From: a virus
Taxonomy: Duplodnaviria; Caudoviricetes
DNA: 64,000 nucleotides
IMG/VR virus record: IMGVR_UViG_3300029305_005724
Coordinates: 32,001 to 96,000 of that record
Reading direction: 5' to 3' (one strand)
Shown: one piece after another, positions 49,686 to 58,362 of the stretch
Position numbering within the stretch: position 1 is the stretch's first letter
Layout of the letters: every line of letters starts with the position of its first letter
The notes under the pieces: generated by a model
Database searches by the model: none
The model's input: only the letters and a program-made list of their open reading frames with translations
What the model was told of the DNA's origin: nothing
Position numbers and translations under genes: made by a program

Positions 49686-51787
49686 AAGATAATATGCGAA
49701 CTTCATTAGCAAGATATCCAGAAAGTGATATCTTGTATAATTATAAGAAAGTAGCAATGGAAATGCTACATTTTAATTTTCCGTCATTGAGTGAGGTTGA
49801 GTTAGCAGCGGCTGTTGATAACTCTATTTCTAAGCATTTTAAAGATACTGCCGTTCAGATTGATAATAATTATAAAAAGAAAACAATTGATATGACATTA
49901 AGAGGTCTTGCAGATTATATAATCTCAAGAGAACCAATTATAACCTCTTATGGAGTTCTATTTAACAGACACGGTGTATTGCCGAATCCTATATATACAA
50001 TGGTCGATGGATTTATTAATGACCGTAAGAAAATGAAAAAAGAAATGTTTAAGTATCCGAAAGGATCTGAAGATTTCGAGAAATACAATTTGCTTCAGTT
50101 ACTTTTGAAGATAGACAGTAATGGATTCTATGGCGCCACAGGCCAGTATAGTTGTATATATTATAACCTCTATACTGCATCTAGTGTAACAACTCAAGGA
50201 AGATCTTGTAACTCTGCAGCTGCTCTATTCTTTGAAAGCTTCTTAAATAATAATGTTCCTCATGCATCTATGAATGAGCTTATTACATTCATTCATAATG
50301 TGCTTAATGAGAAGCATCATTATAACAGCAATGATATTATTACCAACCATGCAACTCTTGATGAAACATTCTTCCAGTTAATGTCCACTACTGGATTCGG
50401 ATGGGTACCTTCGTATGATGAGATGTATATCGTTTGGGATATTCTTGCTAAATTAAATCAAGATGAATTAGATAGGCTTTTCTACAAGAATAATCTATTC
50501 CACTTTATCGATAATATTCCAGTAAAACAGTCTATTTTGTTTATTCTTCAGCAATTATCTGCTCCCTTCATGGATCCGAATGAGCCGCCAGAGGAAATTC
50601 AAGAAGCACTTGATGAATTTTTGGCAGTTGTTCAAGAGTATGTTTATTATGATAAACAAATTACAGATCGTATTGAGAAGATGGCATCCCTAGTTCGTTC
50701 CGTATCTATTATTCAAGACACAGACTCTGCTATCATTAGCCTTGATGGTTGGTATCAGTATGTAAGACAATTATGTGTCGGTGTGCCGATGAATATTAAG
50801 AATGAAGTTGTTGATGCTCTTGAATTTATTGAAAGCGGAGAAGTTAAAACATCTGAATCTAAACAAAAGATTATGGACTATAGCTTCTTAGACGATGATA
50901 TGATTGAAATGGATAGACTGATAGATCCTATGGTTATCACACCTCAGGATGGACTCAGATACTCTATTATCAATATTCTGGCATACTGTATTGGTAAGCT
51001 TGTCAATGATTATATGGAAAAGTATGCAAGAAATGCTCATAGTGATAATGAACGTCCTTGCCTACTTGTTCTCAAGAACGAATTCCTATTTAAGCGTGTT
51101 CTTATTACAGATGCTAAAAAGCACTATGCATCAAAGATGGAACTTCAGGAAGGAAATATTATTCCTGAAGATAAATCCCTTGATATTAAGGGCATGGATG
51201 CATTTGTTAAATCCAGTACTAATAATGCAATTAAAGAAAGATTGAAAAAGATTCTTTATGATGATATTCTTAATTCAGAATCTATAGATCAGATTAGGGT
51301 TTTAAAGGATATAGCTATCGTTGAAAAAGAAATCTTTGATTCTATCAATAATGGCGAAAAGAGATTCTTTAAACCTGTAAAGGTAAAGTCTCTTTCTTCT
51401 TATGAAAATCCTATGCGTATTCAGGGTATTGTAGCTTCCTATGCATATAATGCATTGCATGAACCTGGAACTGAAGCATTGGATATGAGCATAAGAAATT
51501 CTGTTGATATCGCAAAAGTTGATATTAATATGAAAAATATCGATCGTATTAGAGAGTCATTTCCTTATGTATATGAGAAGGCTATACAACTTATGAAGAC
51601 AAAGGAATTTTCTACAGGAATATCTTCTATAGCTATTCCTTCTAACGAGCCTGTTCCTGGATGGATTCTGCCATTTATTGAATACGCTCCCATTATTAAG
51701 GACAATGTATCAGGATTCCCGATTGAGTCTATAGGGCTATTTAGAGGTCCAGATACAAATAATTCTACTAATATAATTAAATTTTAA
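49682..51787 (+). CDS. Split family-B DNA polymerase, C-terminal subunit (fingers/palm/thumb)
   Basis: Motif B Q...KIDSNGFYG, SVTTQGR, motif C IQDTDS, LKNE, KKHY and DIKG. Confidence 0.92.
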   Translation: MKDNMRTSLARYPESDILYNYKKVAMEMLHFNFPSLSEVELAAAVDNSISKHFKDTAVQIDNNYKKKTIDMTLRGLADYIISREPIITSYGVLFNRHGVLPNPIYTMVDGFINDRKKMKKEMFKYPKGSEDFEKYNLLQLLLKIDSNGFYGATGQYSCIYYNLYTASSVTTQGRSCNSAAALFFESFLNNNVPHASMNELITFIHNVLNEKHHYNSNDIITNHATLDETFFQLMSTTGFGWVPSYDEMYIVWDILAKLNQDELDRLFYKNNLFHFIDNIPVKQSILFILQQLSAPFMDPNEPPEEIQEALDEFLAVVQEYVYYDKQITDRIEKMASLVRSVSIIQDTDSAIISLDGWYQYVRQLCVGVPMNIKNEVVDALEFIESGEVKTSESKQKIMDYSFLDDDMIEMDRLIDPMVITPQDGLRYSIINILAYCIGKLVNDYMEKYARNAHSDNERPCLLVLKNEFLFKRVLITDAKKHYASKMELQEGNIIPEDKSLDIKGMDAFVKSSTNNAIKERLKKILYDDILNSESIDQIRVLKDIAIVEKEIFDSINNGEKRFFKPVKVKSLSSYENPMRIQGIVASYAYNALHEPGTEALDMSIRNSVDIAKVDINMKNIDRIRESFPYVYEKAIQLMKTKEFSTGISSIAIPSNEPVPGWILPFIEYAPIIKDNVSGFPIESIGLFRGPDTNNSTNIIKF

Positions 51788-51863
51788 GAAAATGGAGGGT
51801 AGTAATACCCTCCATTCTTTTTTTTTGTAATTTAAAGGTTTTTTAATTGTATATCATTACAAT

Positions 51864-52124
51864 GAGAAAGAGAAGCATTAGAATCTCTTAATCCTTTTAT
51901 TCGTAGACATCTGATCTGCGCGCAATTGGATGTCGATTCGAAGCTACTTATTCTCATATAATATGCAGGAGGTGGTGAATTCAACCATTCTCCTTATTCA
52001 AAGCCTCCTGTGGTCATGTGGGACCCGGGATCATTCTGCTACTAGCACTAGCAGTCTGACCGTTATTAACCTCGAAAGAGTTTAATATATAAAACAAAAA
52101 TTTTACGCAAAGGAGAATGGTAAA
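51864..52124 (+). promoter_or_regulatory. Long structured 5' leader with mutually exclusive anti-SD pairings (riboswitch-like)
   Basis: accattctcctt (51984-95) is the exact complement of the downstream RBS region aaggagaatggt (52110-21); alternative pairing partners are present. Confidence 0.55.
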
Positions 52125-52457
52125 ATGGCACACGACAATACCGGCAGCAATTTTGCAGCAGAAGAGGATCTTATGAATAAAGAGTTCAGAAAGAATAACC
52201 TCAACAACATCAACAAAAAAGAGTTTGAAAAGGATATCAATCCGGAAAATCCTGCAAGCGAAATCAATAAGAAAAATGAAGAGCTTATTGATCCCATGGC
52301 TTGCGAAGCAAGTCCTGAAGAGCTCGAAGCTAAAAAGAAGAAATGGATGGACATCTTCCAAAGATGCCCTGATTTCGCAAATTGGATTCTTGAAATCTAT
52401 GAAGGAGTCGGATCTGCCGGCCTTGATGATATCATGAATGCATATTTCCATAACTAA
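52125..52457 (+). CDS. Small acidic hypothetical protein
   Basis: RBS aaggag; LIDPM motif; terminator at about 52475-52509. Confidence 0.75.
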   Translation: MAHDNTGSNFAAEEDLMNKEFRKNNLNNINKKEFEKDINPENPASEINKKNEELIDPMACEASPEELEAKKKKWMDIFQRCPDFANWILEIYEGVGSAGLDDIMNAYFHN

Positions 52458-52568
52458 TTTAAATTAGTTATGGAAAAGAAAGAGCTTTATAAAGCTCTTT
52501 CTTTTTTTTAATTACCTCATGTTAGCTTTATATAGAATCTAGAACGAAATATTAAGGGGTGATGAATT

Positions 52569-54104
52569 ATGAATAAAATCGTTGTTTATCGAACTCATAT
52601 AGAAATAAACAATTATAGAAGAGGGGATTGCCCTCAATTAGAAAAAACATTCTCTGTTTATGATAGACTTTATCATAGACGATTTCCGAAAGGAATGATA
52701 TATGATGAAGAGAGAGGAGTACTCATGCTCCCTAGAGGTATTGATATCGGATATGTAGAAAGGCTTCTACAGTCCGAACCTGTTGTTGATGGAACTATAG
52801 ATCCAATAGGAGATGTGGGTCCAATTATGCTTAAATATAAACCTAGAGATACTACACAACAAGAAGCTATAAGATTTATGCTTAGTATGGATAAATATAA
52901 AAGAAATGAAAATAGCACAATGCTGTCAGTAAACTTAAATACTGGTAAAGGTAAAACATATTGTGCTATTGCAACTGCTGCATATCTGGGATATAGATCT
53001 ATAGTTATCACAGATAATATTGGTTGGTTAGAGCAGTGGAAAAATTTCTTTATTGAATACACAGATATTACAGCTGACGAGATCTATATGATTTCAGGAG
53101 CTCCTTCATTAATGAAGCTCTTTAATAGAGACATTTCAAAATATAAAGTTATTCTTTCAACTCATTCTACTATTAAGAGTATTGGAGATAAGCAAGGATG
53201 GGATAAGATTAGATCATTCTTCACTCATTGTCAGATAGGAATCAAATACTATGATGAGGCTCATTTGAATTTTGACAATATGTTTCAGATTGATTGTTAT
53301 TCAAATACATTTTTGACTTATTATTTAACAGCTACTCCTGGTAGAAGCGATGCCGGGGAAGATGCAATATTTAGTTTATATTTCAAAAATGTGCCGTCAA
53401 TCAATCTATTCAATATCGAATCAGATCCGCATACGAAATATGCTGCAATTAGATTCAATTCTAATCCGACCCCAGTTAATGCAGCTAGCTGTAAAAATAA
53501 ATATGGATTAAACAGAATTGCATATACCGATTATCTAGTTAGAAATGATAATTTTCAGCAATTACTAATTATTTTGGTCAATATGGCAATTCGAAAACCT
53601 GGAAAACATTTGTTCTATATCGGAACTAATGAAGCAATTCTTTATGTAAGAGACTTAATATATCAGAATTTTCCAGAATTGATAGGACAGATAGGAATTT
53701 ATACAAGTATAATTCCTCCTGATAAAAAGCCTAGAGAACTTGAAAAGAAGATAATATTAAGTACGACTAAAAGTGCTGGAGCCGCAATGGATATAAAAGG
53801 TCTTGTAGAAACAGTTAATCTTGCAGAGCCTTTTAAATCCAAAGTTTTGGCTCAGCAAACTCTTGGTAGAACTAGAGCAGCAAATACACTATATAAAGAT
53901 ATTGTAGACACAGGATTCTATTATACAAAGAAATTCTATGATTTTAAGAAGCCTGTATTTAAAAAATATGCATCTGAATGCGTAGAAATTAATATGAATA
54001 AAGATGATATTGATAAACGAGTTCTGGGTATAATGGATAATAGAAGCAAAATGATTCAACCAATGGAATTTGCTGATAATCCATTTAAATCCGAAGAATC
54101 GTAA
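52569..54104 (+). CDS. Superfamily 2 helicase (UvsW-like)
   Basis: PRDTTQ, NTGKGKT, YYDEAH, LTATPGRSD and QTLGRTR. Confidence 0.9.
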   Translation: MNKIVVYRTHIEINNYRRGDCPQLEKTFSVYDRLYHRRFPKGMIYDEERGVLMLPRGIDIGYVERLLQSEPVVDGTIDPIGDVGPIMLKYKPRDTTQQEAIRFMLSMDKYKRNENSTMLSVNLNTGKGKTYCAIATAAYLGYRSIVITDNIGWLEQWKNFFIEYTDITADEIYMISGAPSLMKLFNRDISKYKVILSTHSTIKSIGDKQGWDKIRSFFTHCQIGIKYYDEAHLNFDNMFQIDCYSNTFLTYYLTATPGRSDAGEDAIFSLYFKNVPSINLFNIESDPHTKYAAIRFNSNPTPVNAASCKNKYGLNRIAYTDYLVRNDNFQQLLIILVNMAIRKPGKHLFYIGTNEAILYVRDLIYQNFPELIGQIGIYTSIIPPDKKPRELEKKIILSTTKSAGAAMDIKGLVETVNLAEPFKSKVLAQQTLGRTRAANTLYKDIVDTGFYYTKKFYDFKKPVFKKYASECVEINMNKDDIDKRVLGIMDNRSKMIQPMEFADNPFKSEES

Positions 54105-54193
54105 ATAAAGGATTCTTTAACGATATACTATAAAAGTGAATGAGAGAAGGAATAAATCCTTCTCTCATAATTTTTATAAGGAGGTACAGAATA

Positions 54194-55564
54194 ATGAAAG
54201 GAAAGGCAATTTTTAATCCTTTAGTTACGATGTACAAGTACGGAGCAGATAAAACAGCTCCACTCGCGAAAGACCGTGTAGCCGGTATTATCAATGATAA
54301 TGAGAGTGAAACCACTCGTAAAGATAATACAGCTACAACCACCACCAAAGTTGACGAAACTGTCAACGCAACAGATGTAGGAGAAGCAGCAAAGACTGCT
54401 GGCTCCGAATCCGCAGGATCTGATGGAGTCCTTGACTTTAGCATGTTTGGTGTCAAAATTGATACCGATGCAATGTCTGGAGCAGTCAGATTTGAATCGC
54501 AGGAAGAAGAGAAAGCCTGTGCAAGACGTATGGTAGACGATGCCATTCGTCGAAACGGCATCAATACAAATCCTGCGGCAAATCCCATTTTTGGTAATCA
54601 GCCTATGAACAAAGGAGCTCCTATGCAGGGTGCAAGTCAGCAGCCTGTTGTTGGAAGAGGTAGACATAAGGTTGATAACCCGACTCAGCAGAAGCCCAAG
54701 CCTCCTAAGGCAGAAGCGGATAATGTTGAGTTTACTCCCGGCGTTCTCAATATTGAAGTAGAGCCACCTAAGCCTCCTAAGACTTGGCCTGATCCTACGA
54801 ACAATGTTCTTGAGAATGCAGAGCCCATTCCCGAAACTGCTCAGTCCTTTGATAATTCTGCAGTGATTGCTCAGTTCAATCAATGTGCAGGACTTTTGAG
54901 GGATATTGAGAAGATTGCATCTGAGGTCGGAGTCCATGTCCAGATGATTTCGAAGCCCGGAAGCAATGGCCAGCCCAGTGGTTTGATCGAATGCTATGTG
55001 TATACAGGTCAGCCTACTCCGAATCCTTTCAAGGGATTCACAATCGACACCGGTGCTATCATCGATCGTCGAGTAAAGATCTTCCCTGCAATTGTTGAAG
55101 CAGGTTATGAGGATCTTCCCGCATATCCTGTAATGATTTCCAGAGATGGAAAGGAAGAATCTGACAATAAGAAGAAGGTTGTCGATGCTAAGTTGATTAA
55201 AACTCTTCTTGTCGGAGGTGCACAAATGCTTACTCCTAGCTCTATGTACACAAAAGATTATATGGAGCTTAATAAGCATGTAGCAATCATTACTATGCCT
55301 ACAAGTCACATGAATTCTGAGACTCGTAAGGCCGTTCGAGATCGCCTGCTCAATGCAATGAGATCTGGTCTCTTCGAAGAAGCAGCGAAAATCGATCAGT
55401 TCGCAAGATTCCGCTTTGTACCTAAGTCGTACAATAAGCAGACCCTTGAGTTCGAACTCTCTAGCCAGGGTGTTCCTTACAGATTCTGTGGTCCTTGCAT
55501 GAGCAAGAAAAATATCACAATCAAGTTTGGAAAAGATGGCAAGGCAACAATGTCTCATGAATAA
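54194..55564 (+). CDS. Hypothetical early protein with low-complexity Pro/Thr-rich N-half
   Basis: RBS aggagg before MKGK; early-type promoter at 54125; high-expression codons. Confidence 0.8.
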   Translation: MKGKAIFNPLVTMYKYGADKTAPLAKDRVAGIINDNESETTRKDNTATTTTKVDETVNATDVGEAAKTAGSESAGSDGVLDFSMFGVKIDTDAMSGAVRFESQEEEKACARRMVDDAIRRNGINTNPAANPIFGNQPMNKGAPMQGASQQPVVGRGRHKVDNPTQQKPKPPKAEADNVEFTPGVLNIEVEPPKPPKTWPDPTNNVLENAEPIPETAQSFDNSAVIAQFNQCAGLLRDIEKIASEVGVHVQMISKPGSNGQPSGLIECYVYTGQPTPNPFKGFTIDTGAIIDRRVKIFPAIVEAGYEDLPAYPVMISRDGKEESDNKKKVVDAKLIKTLLVGGAQMLTPSSMYTKDYMELNKHVAIITMPTSHMNSETRKAVRDRLLNAMRSGLFEEAAKIDQFARFRFVPKSYNKQTLEFELSSQGVPYRFCGPCMSKKNITIKFGKDGKATMSHE

Positions 55565-55655
55565 TCATTGGGCATTTGCCGATCCCAGGTACCTTTTGGT
55601 ACCTGGGATTATTTTTTAATGCTTCGGCAACTTTTAAGTAACAGTTTTAAGGAGA

Positions 55656-56450
55656 ATGAAAATCATGCCGAATGAATTAATAGAACCAATGGAGTTCTTT
55701 AAAATAGATAAAGTTTCAGATGATGTTTATGCTATTGGTCCTAATGTCATTCTGAAGTTTAATGTATCTCTATCCAAAATGTCAAATGGAAAGAGATTTC
55801 ATTTTCATAAAGAATATGAATATCCGTCGAGAGGCGTTCCGGGCCTTTCGACTCTTGTAACTATAAAAAGAAGTTTTGACTATTATCTTTCGATAGAAAA
55901 TATGACAAAAGATAATAGTGGAAATAAATTATTTATAAGAATTGGTCCTCAAGAATATATGATATTTAAAAGAGGACTTGAAGAAGCTATTTCCTGGTTT
56001 ACTGATAATAAATATGCAAAACTATTTGCAAGAGATAGAGGTAAACTAATTCTGATGCCTCCAGTACCAGAATTTGTAATGCAAAATCTTCCAATGCAAA
56101 AGTATATACACATTCAGCCAATTATTATTGATAGAGGTATGGCCAATGATGATAAAGAACCCGGTATTAGATTAACACTGGGTGATAATTCGAATGTAAT
56201 TGACATTAATCTTGATAGATTGATGGGATTATACTATACAATTTCTTGCTTTAATATGTATCAAGCAGCTTTGATCATGGTCAACTATATTCAAAGACCT
56301 GAATTTGGTACAAATCGCTTTGTGATGGAGCCTTCACATCTAATGGGTCAAGAATCTGGCGTAAGGTATGGCTCATCTGGAATAGAAGGAAGATTTGTAA
56401 CTCCTCAAGGAAGTCCAGACAATATAAAAACCTTGGAAGGAGGACAATAA
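55656..56450 (+). CDS. Hypothetical protein, possible PC4/PUR-like ssDNA-binding fold
   Basis: Two strand-strand-helix units (YLSIEN..LFIRIGPQEYMIFKRGL and GIRLTL..VIDINLDRLMGL); N-terminal LIEPMEF. Confidence 0.55.
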   Translation: MKIMPNELIEPMEFFKIDKVSDDVYAIGPNVILKFNVSLSKMSNGKRFHFHKEYEYPSRGVPGLSTLVTIKRSFDYYLSIENMTKDNSGNKLFIRIGPQEYMIFKRGLEEAISWFTDNKYAKLFARDRGKLILMPPVPEFVMQNLPMQKYIHIQPIIIDRGMANDDKEPGIRLTLGDNSNVIDINLDRLMGLYYTISCFNMYQAALIMVNYIQRPEFGTNRFVMEPSHLMGQESGVRYGSSGIEGRFVTPQGSPDNIKTLEGGQ

Positions 56451-56452
56451 CA

Positions 56453-57088
56453 ATGTTTAATCCAAATATGCATTTATTTTTCGATAAAGATGAAAGAGAG
56501 CCTGCTCTTAGATATCTTGTTATGAAATTCTTCAACGGAATGGAAAATAAAATGGATACAAGAGCATTGGCTGCTATGATTGATATGATGTATGGTGTAA
56601 ATACAGTAAAGATGGCAAATTATCTGGCTGTAGAAACCACTATAGTTGAAAAATATGAAAAAGCAATATTAGAATATTGCTCATTCGTAGATATTGATGC
56701 TGAGATTATGTCATATAATCCAGGACAATTTGTTGTTAAGTCAATAGTCAATCAGGCTTTAAAAGGTCCAGAATCTTTTGCACCATTAATGTACTGGGAT
56801 CCTGGTAGAGAGTGGAATTTTAATAATGTGCCAAAAGAAGGAGCTTTAATGAATCCTTTAAATCATTACGTTCATTCTTCTCTTACTTTAAAGAATGTAG
56901 AATACCAAAAACTTCGCAATTTTGCTGTAAAAGCTTTACGTGAAGATTTTAAACTACTTAATAAAGCTTTTAATGATTTAGATAAGCAGAATACGAATAA
57001 AACTGCTACTCTAACAATTGAGCTTTTACCATGTGATACTTATAAAAATATAATAAATATCACAGATACATTACATTTGTATTTTTAA
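56453..57088 (+). CDS. Hypothetical protein
   Basis: RBS ggagg; operonic. Confidence 0.78.
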   Translation: MFNPNMHLFFDKDEREPALRYLVMKFFNGMENKMDTRALAAMIDMMYGVNTVKMANYLAVETTIVEKYEKAILEYCSFVDIDAEIMSYNPGQFVVKSIVNQALKGPESFAPLMYWDPGREWNFNNVPKEGALMNPLNHYVHSSLTLKNVEYQKLRNFAVKALREDFKLLNKAFNDLDKQNTNKTATLTIELLPCDTYKNIINITDTLHLYF

Positions 57089-57102
57089 GGAGGAGAAAAA
57101 AA

Positions 57103-57465
57103 ATGGATTACTTGATAGAGCATTTTATAAGAGTTCTAGATTCTTATAAGACCTTGAGAAAGGAATATACAAGAAATAGTGATGGTAGCTATACCATTGA
57201 TATTTATGATATCCCTCCAGAACTAGATCTAGAGCTTTCTAGACTTAGCTACGATGAGGTTATAGGACAGAAAGAGACTAAAGATAAACATGGACGTGTT
57301 ATTGGAGTAGAAAAGATTACTCAAACTACAATGTGTTTTGTTGGTATCGGAGAAGGACTTAATCTTAGGCTTGTTCTCGATAAAGATACATATGCTAAAA
57401 AGATGAATCTAATAGATCCAATTCTTAGGAGATATTTTGCAGCACATCGAAACCTCGGCTTTTAA
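57103..57465 (+). CDS. Hypothetical protein
   Basis: RBS aaggagg; bidirectional terminator at about 57466-57509. Confidence 0.78.
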   Translation: MDYLIEHFIRVLDSYKTLRKEYTRNSDGSYTIDIYDIPPELDLELSRLSYDEVIGQKETKDKHGRVIGVEKITQTTMCFVGIGEGLNLRLVLDKDTYAKKMNLIDPILRRYFAAHRNLGF

Positions 57466-57508
57466 AAATGATAAGGATAGAACGAAAATCGTTCTATCCT
57501 TATCATTT

Positions 57509-58276
57509 TTATACAGTAAAGATAAGAGGCTGATGCGCATTAGCAGCAGAAACATGAGCATCATCTAGTCTTTCTATAATCTCATCTCTCTTAGAAGCCT
57601 TACTCTCAAGATCCCCAATCTTAATATCGATATTTGCAAATACAGTTTCTAATCCTTCATAATACTTTAAATTTTCATACAAGAATTTAGCTACATCTGC
57701 TTCAGCCAATTCTTCAAAAATTTCCATCATAGAAGGGGGAATAGTCATAAGATTAGGAGCATGTTTAATAAATATTTCTAATGGAAAAGAATTCATTCCT
57801 CTCGTAATGTCTGCTCCAGTAACAGTTGAAATCTTAACCATATTAGGAGGTCTATATTCTACAAAGATCTGGTTGTTGAATAGCGACATATGGTCAGCTC
57901 TCATTTGTAGGAGAGCAATATCATCTAAACCATAATTATTTGTCATAAAATCATAAGTTCCATATCCTTGTGCTTCTTGCAGCCTTAAACTATCTCTTGA
58001 AAATAGAGACCAGTCTATATCTCTTACTCCTATAACTTCAACACCCTCTGGTACATATTCATCGATAAGGTAATAGCCATCTCTTCTTCTTTGAGCTAGG
58101 CTAATTTGTATATGCATAGAATTTGGAAAATATCTACTAAAAGTATCAAGTGTTTCGTTAGCTATAACTTCTTCGGCCCAAACAGATTTGCATATATCTT
58201 CAGGAAGATTTAGCTGTTTAGTGCCAAGACGACGCTCTATTTTATTCAATAAGGCGTTCATTTTATTCATTGGCAT
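57509..58276 (-). CDS. Neck/head-completion protein (T4 gp13-like, tentative)
   Basis: LLNKIERRLG ... ETLDTFSRYFP N-terminus; adjacent to terminase. Confidence 0.5.
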   Translation of the reverse strand: MPMNKMNALLNKIERRLGTKQLNLPEDICKSVWAEEVIANETLDTFSRYFPNSMHIQISLAQRRRDGYYLIDEYVPEGVEVIGVRDIDWSLFSRDSLRLQEAQGYGTYDFMTNNYGLDDIALLQMRADHMSLFNNQIFVEYRPPNMVKISTVTGADITRGMNSFPLEIFIKHAPNLMTIPPSMMEIFEELAEADVAKFLYENLKYYEGLETVFANIDIKIGDLESKASKRDEIIERLDDAHVSAANAHQPLIFTV

Positions 58277-58362
58277 AATGATAACACCTCCATATAAACT
58301 TTATTTATTATAAATGTTAAACGATTAAGAGGAGCATGAACAACATGCTCCTCCAATCTATA

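Noticed and set aside
51864-52090. tRNA gene
   Set aside because: No cloverleaf with T-loop GTTCRA and D-loop consensus could be built; no tRNA was recognised anywhere in the window.
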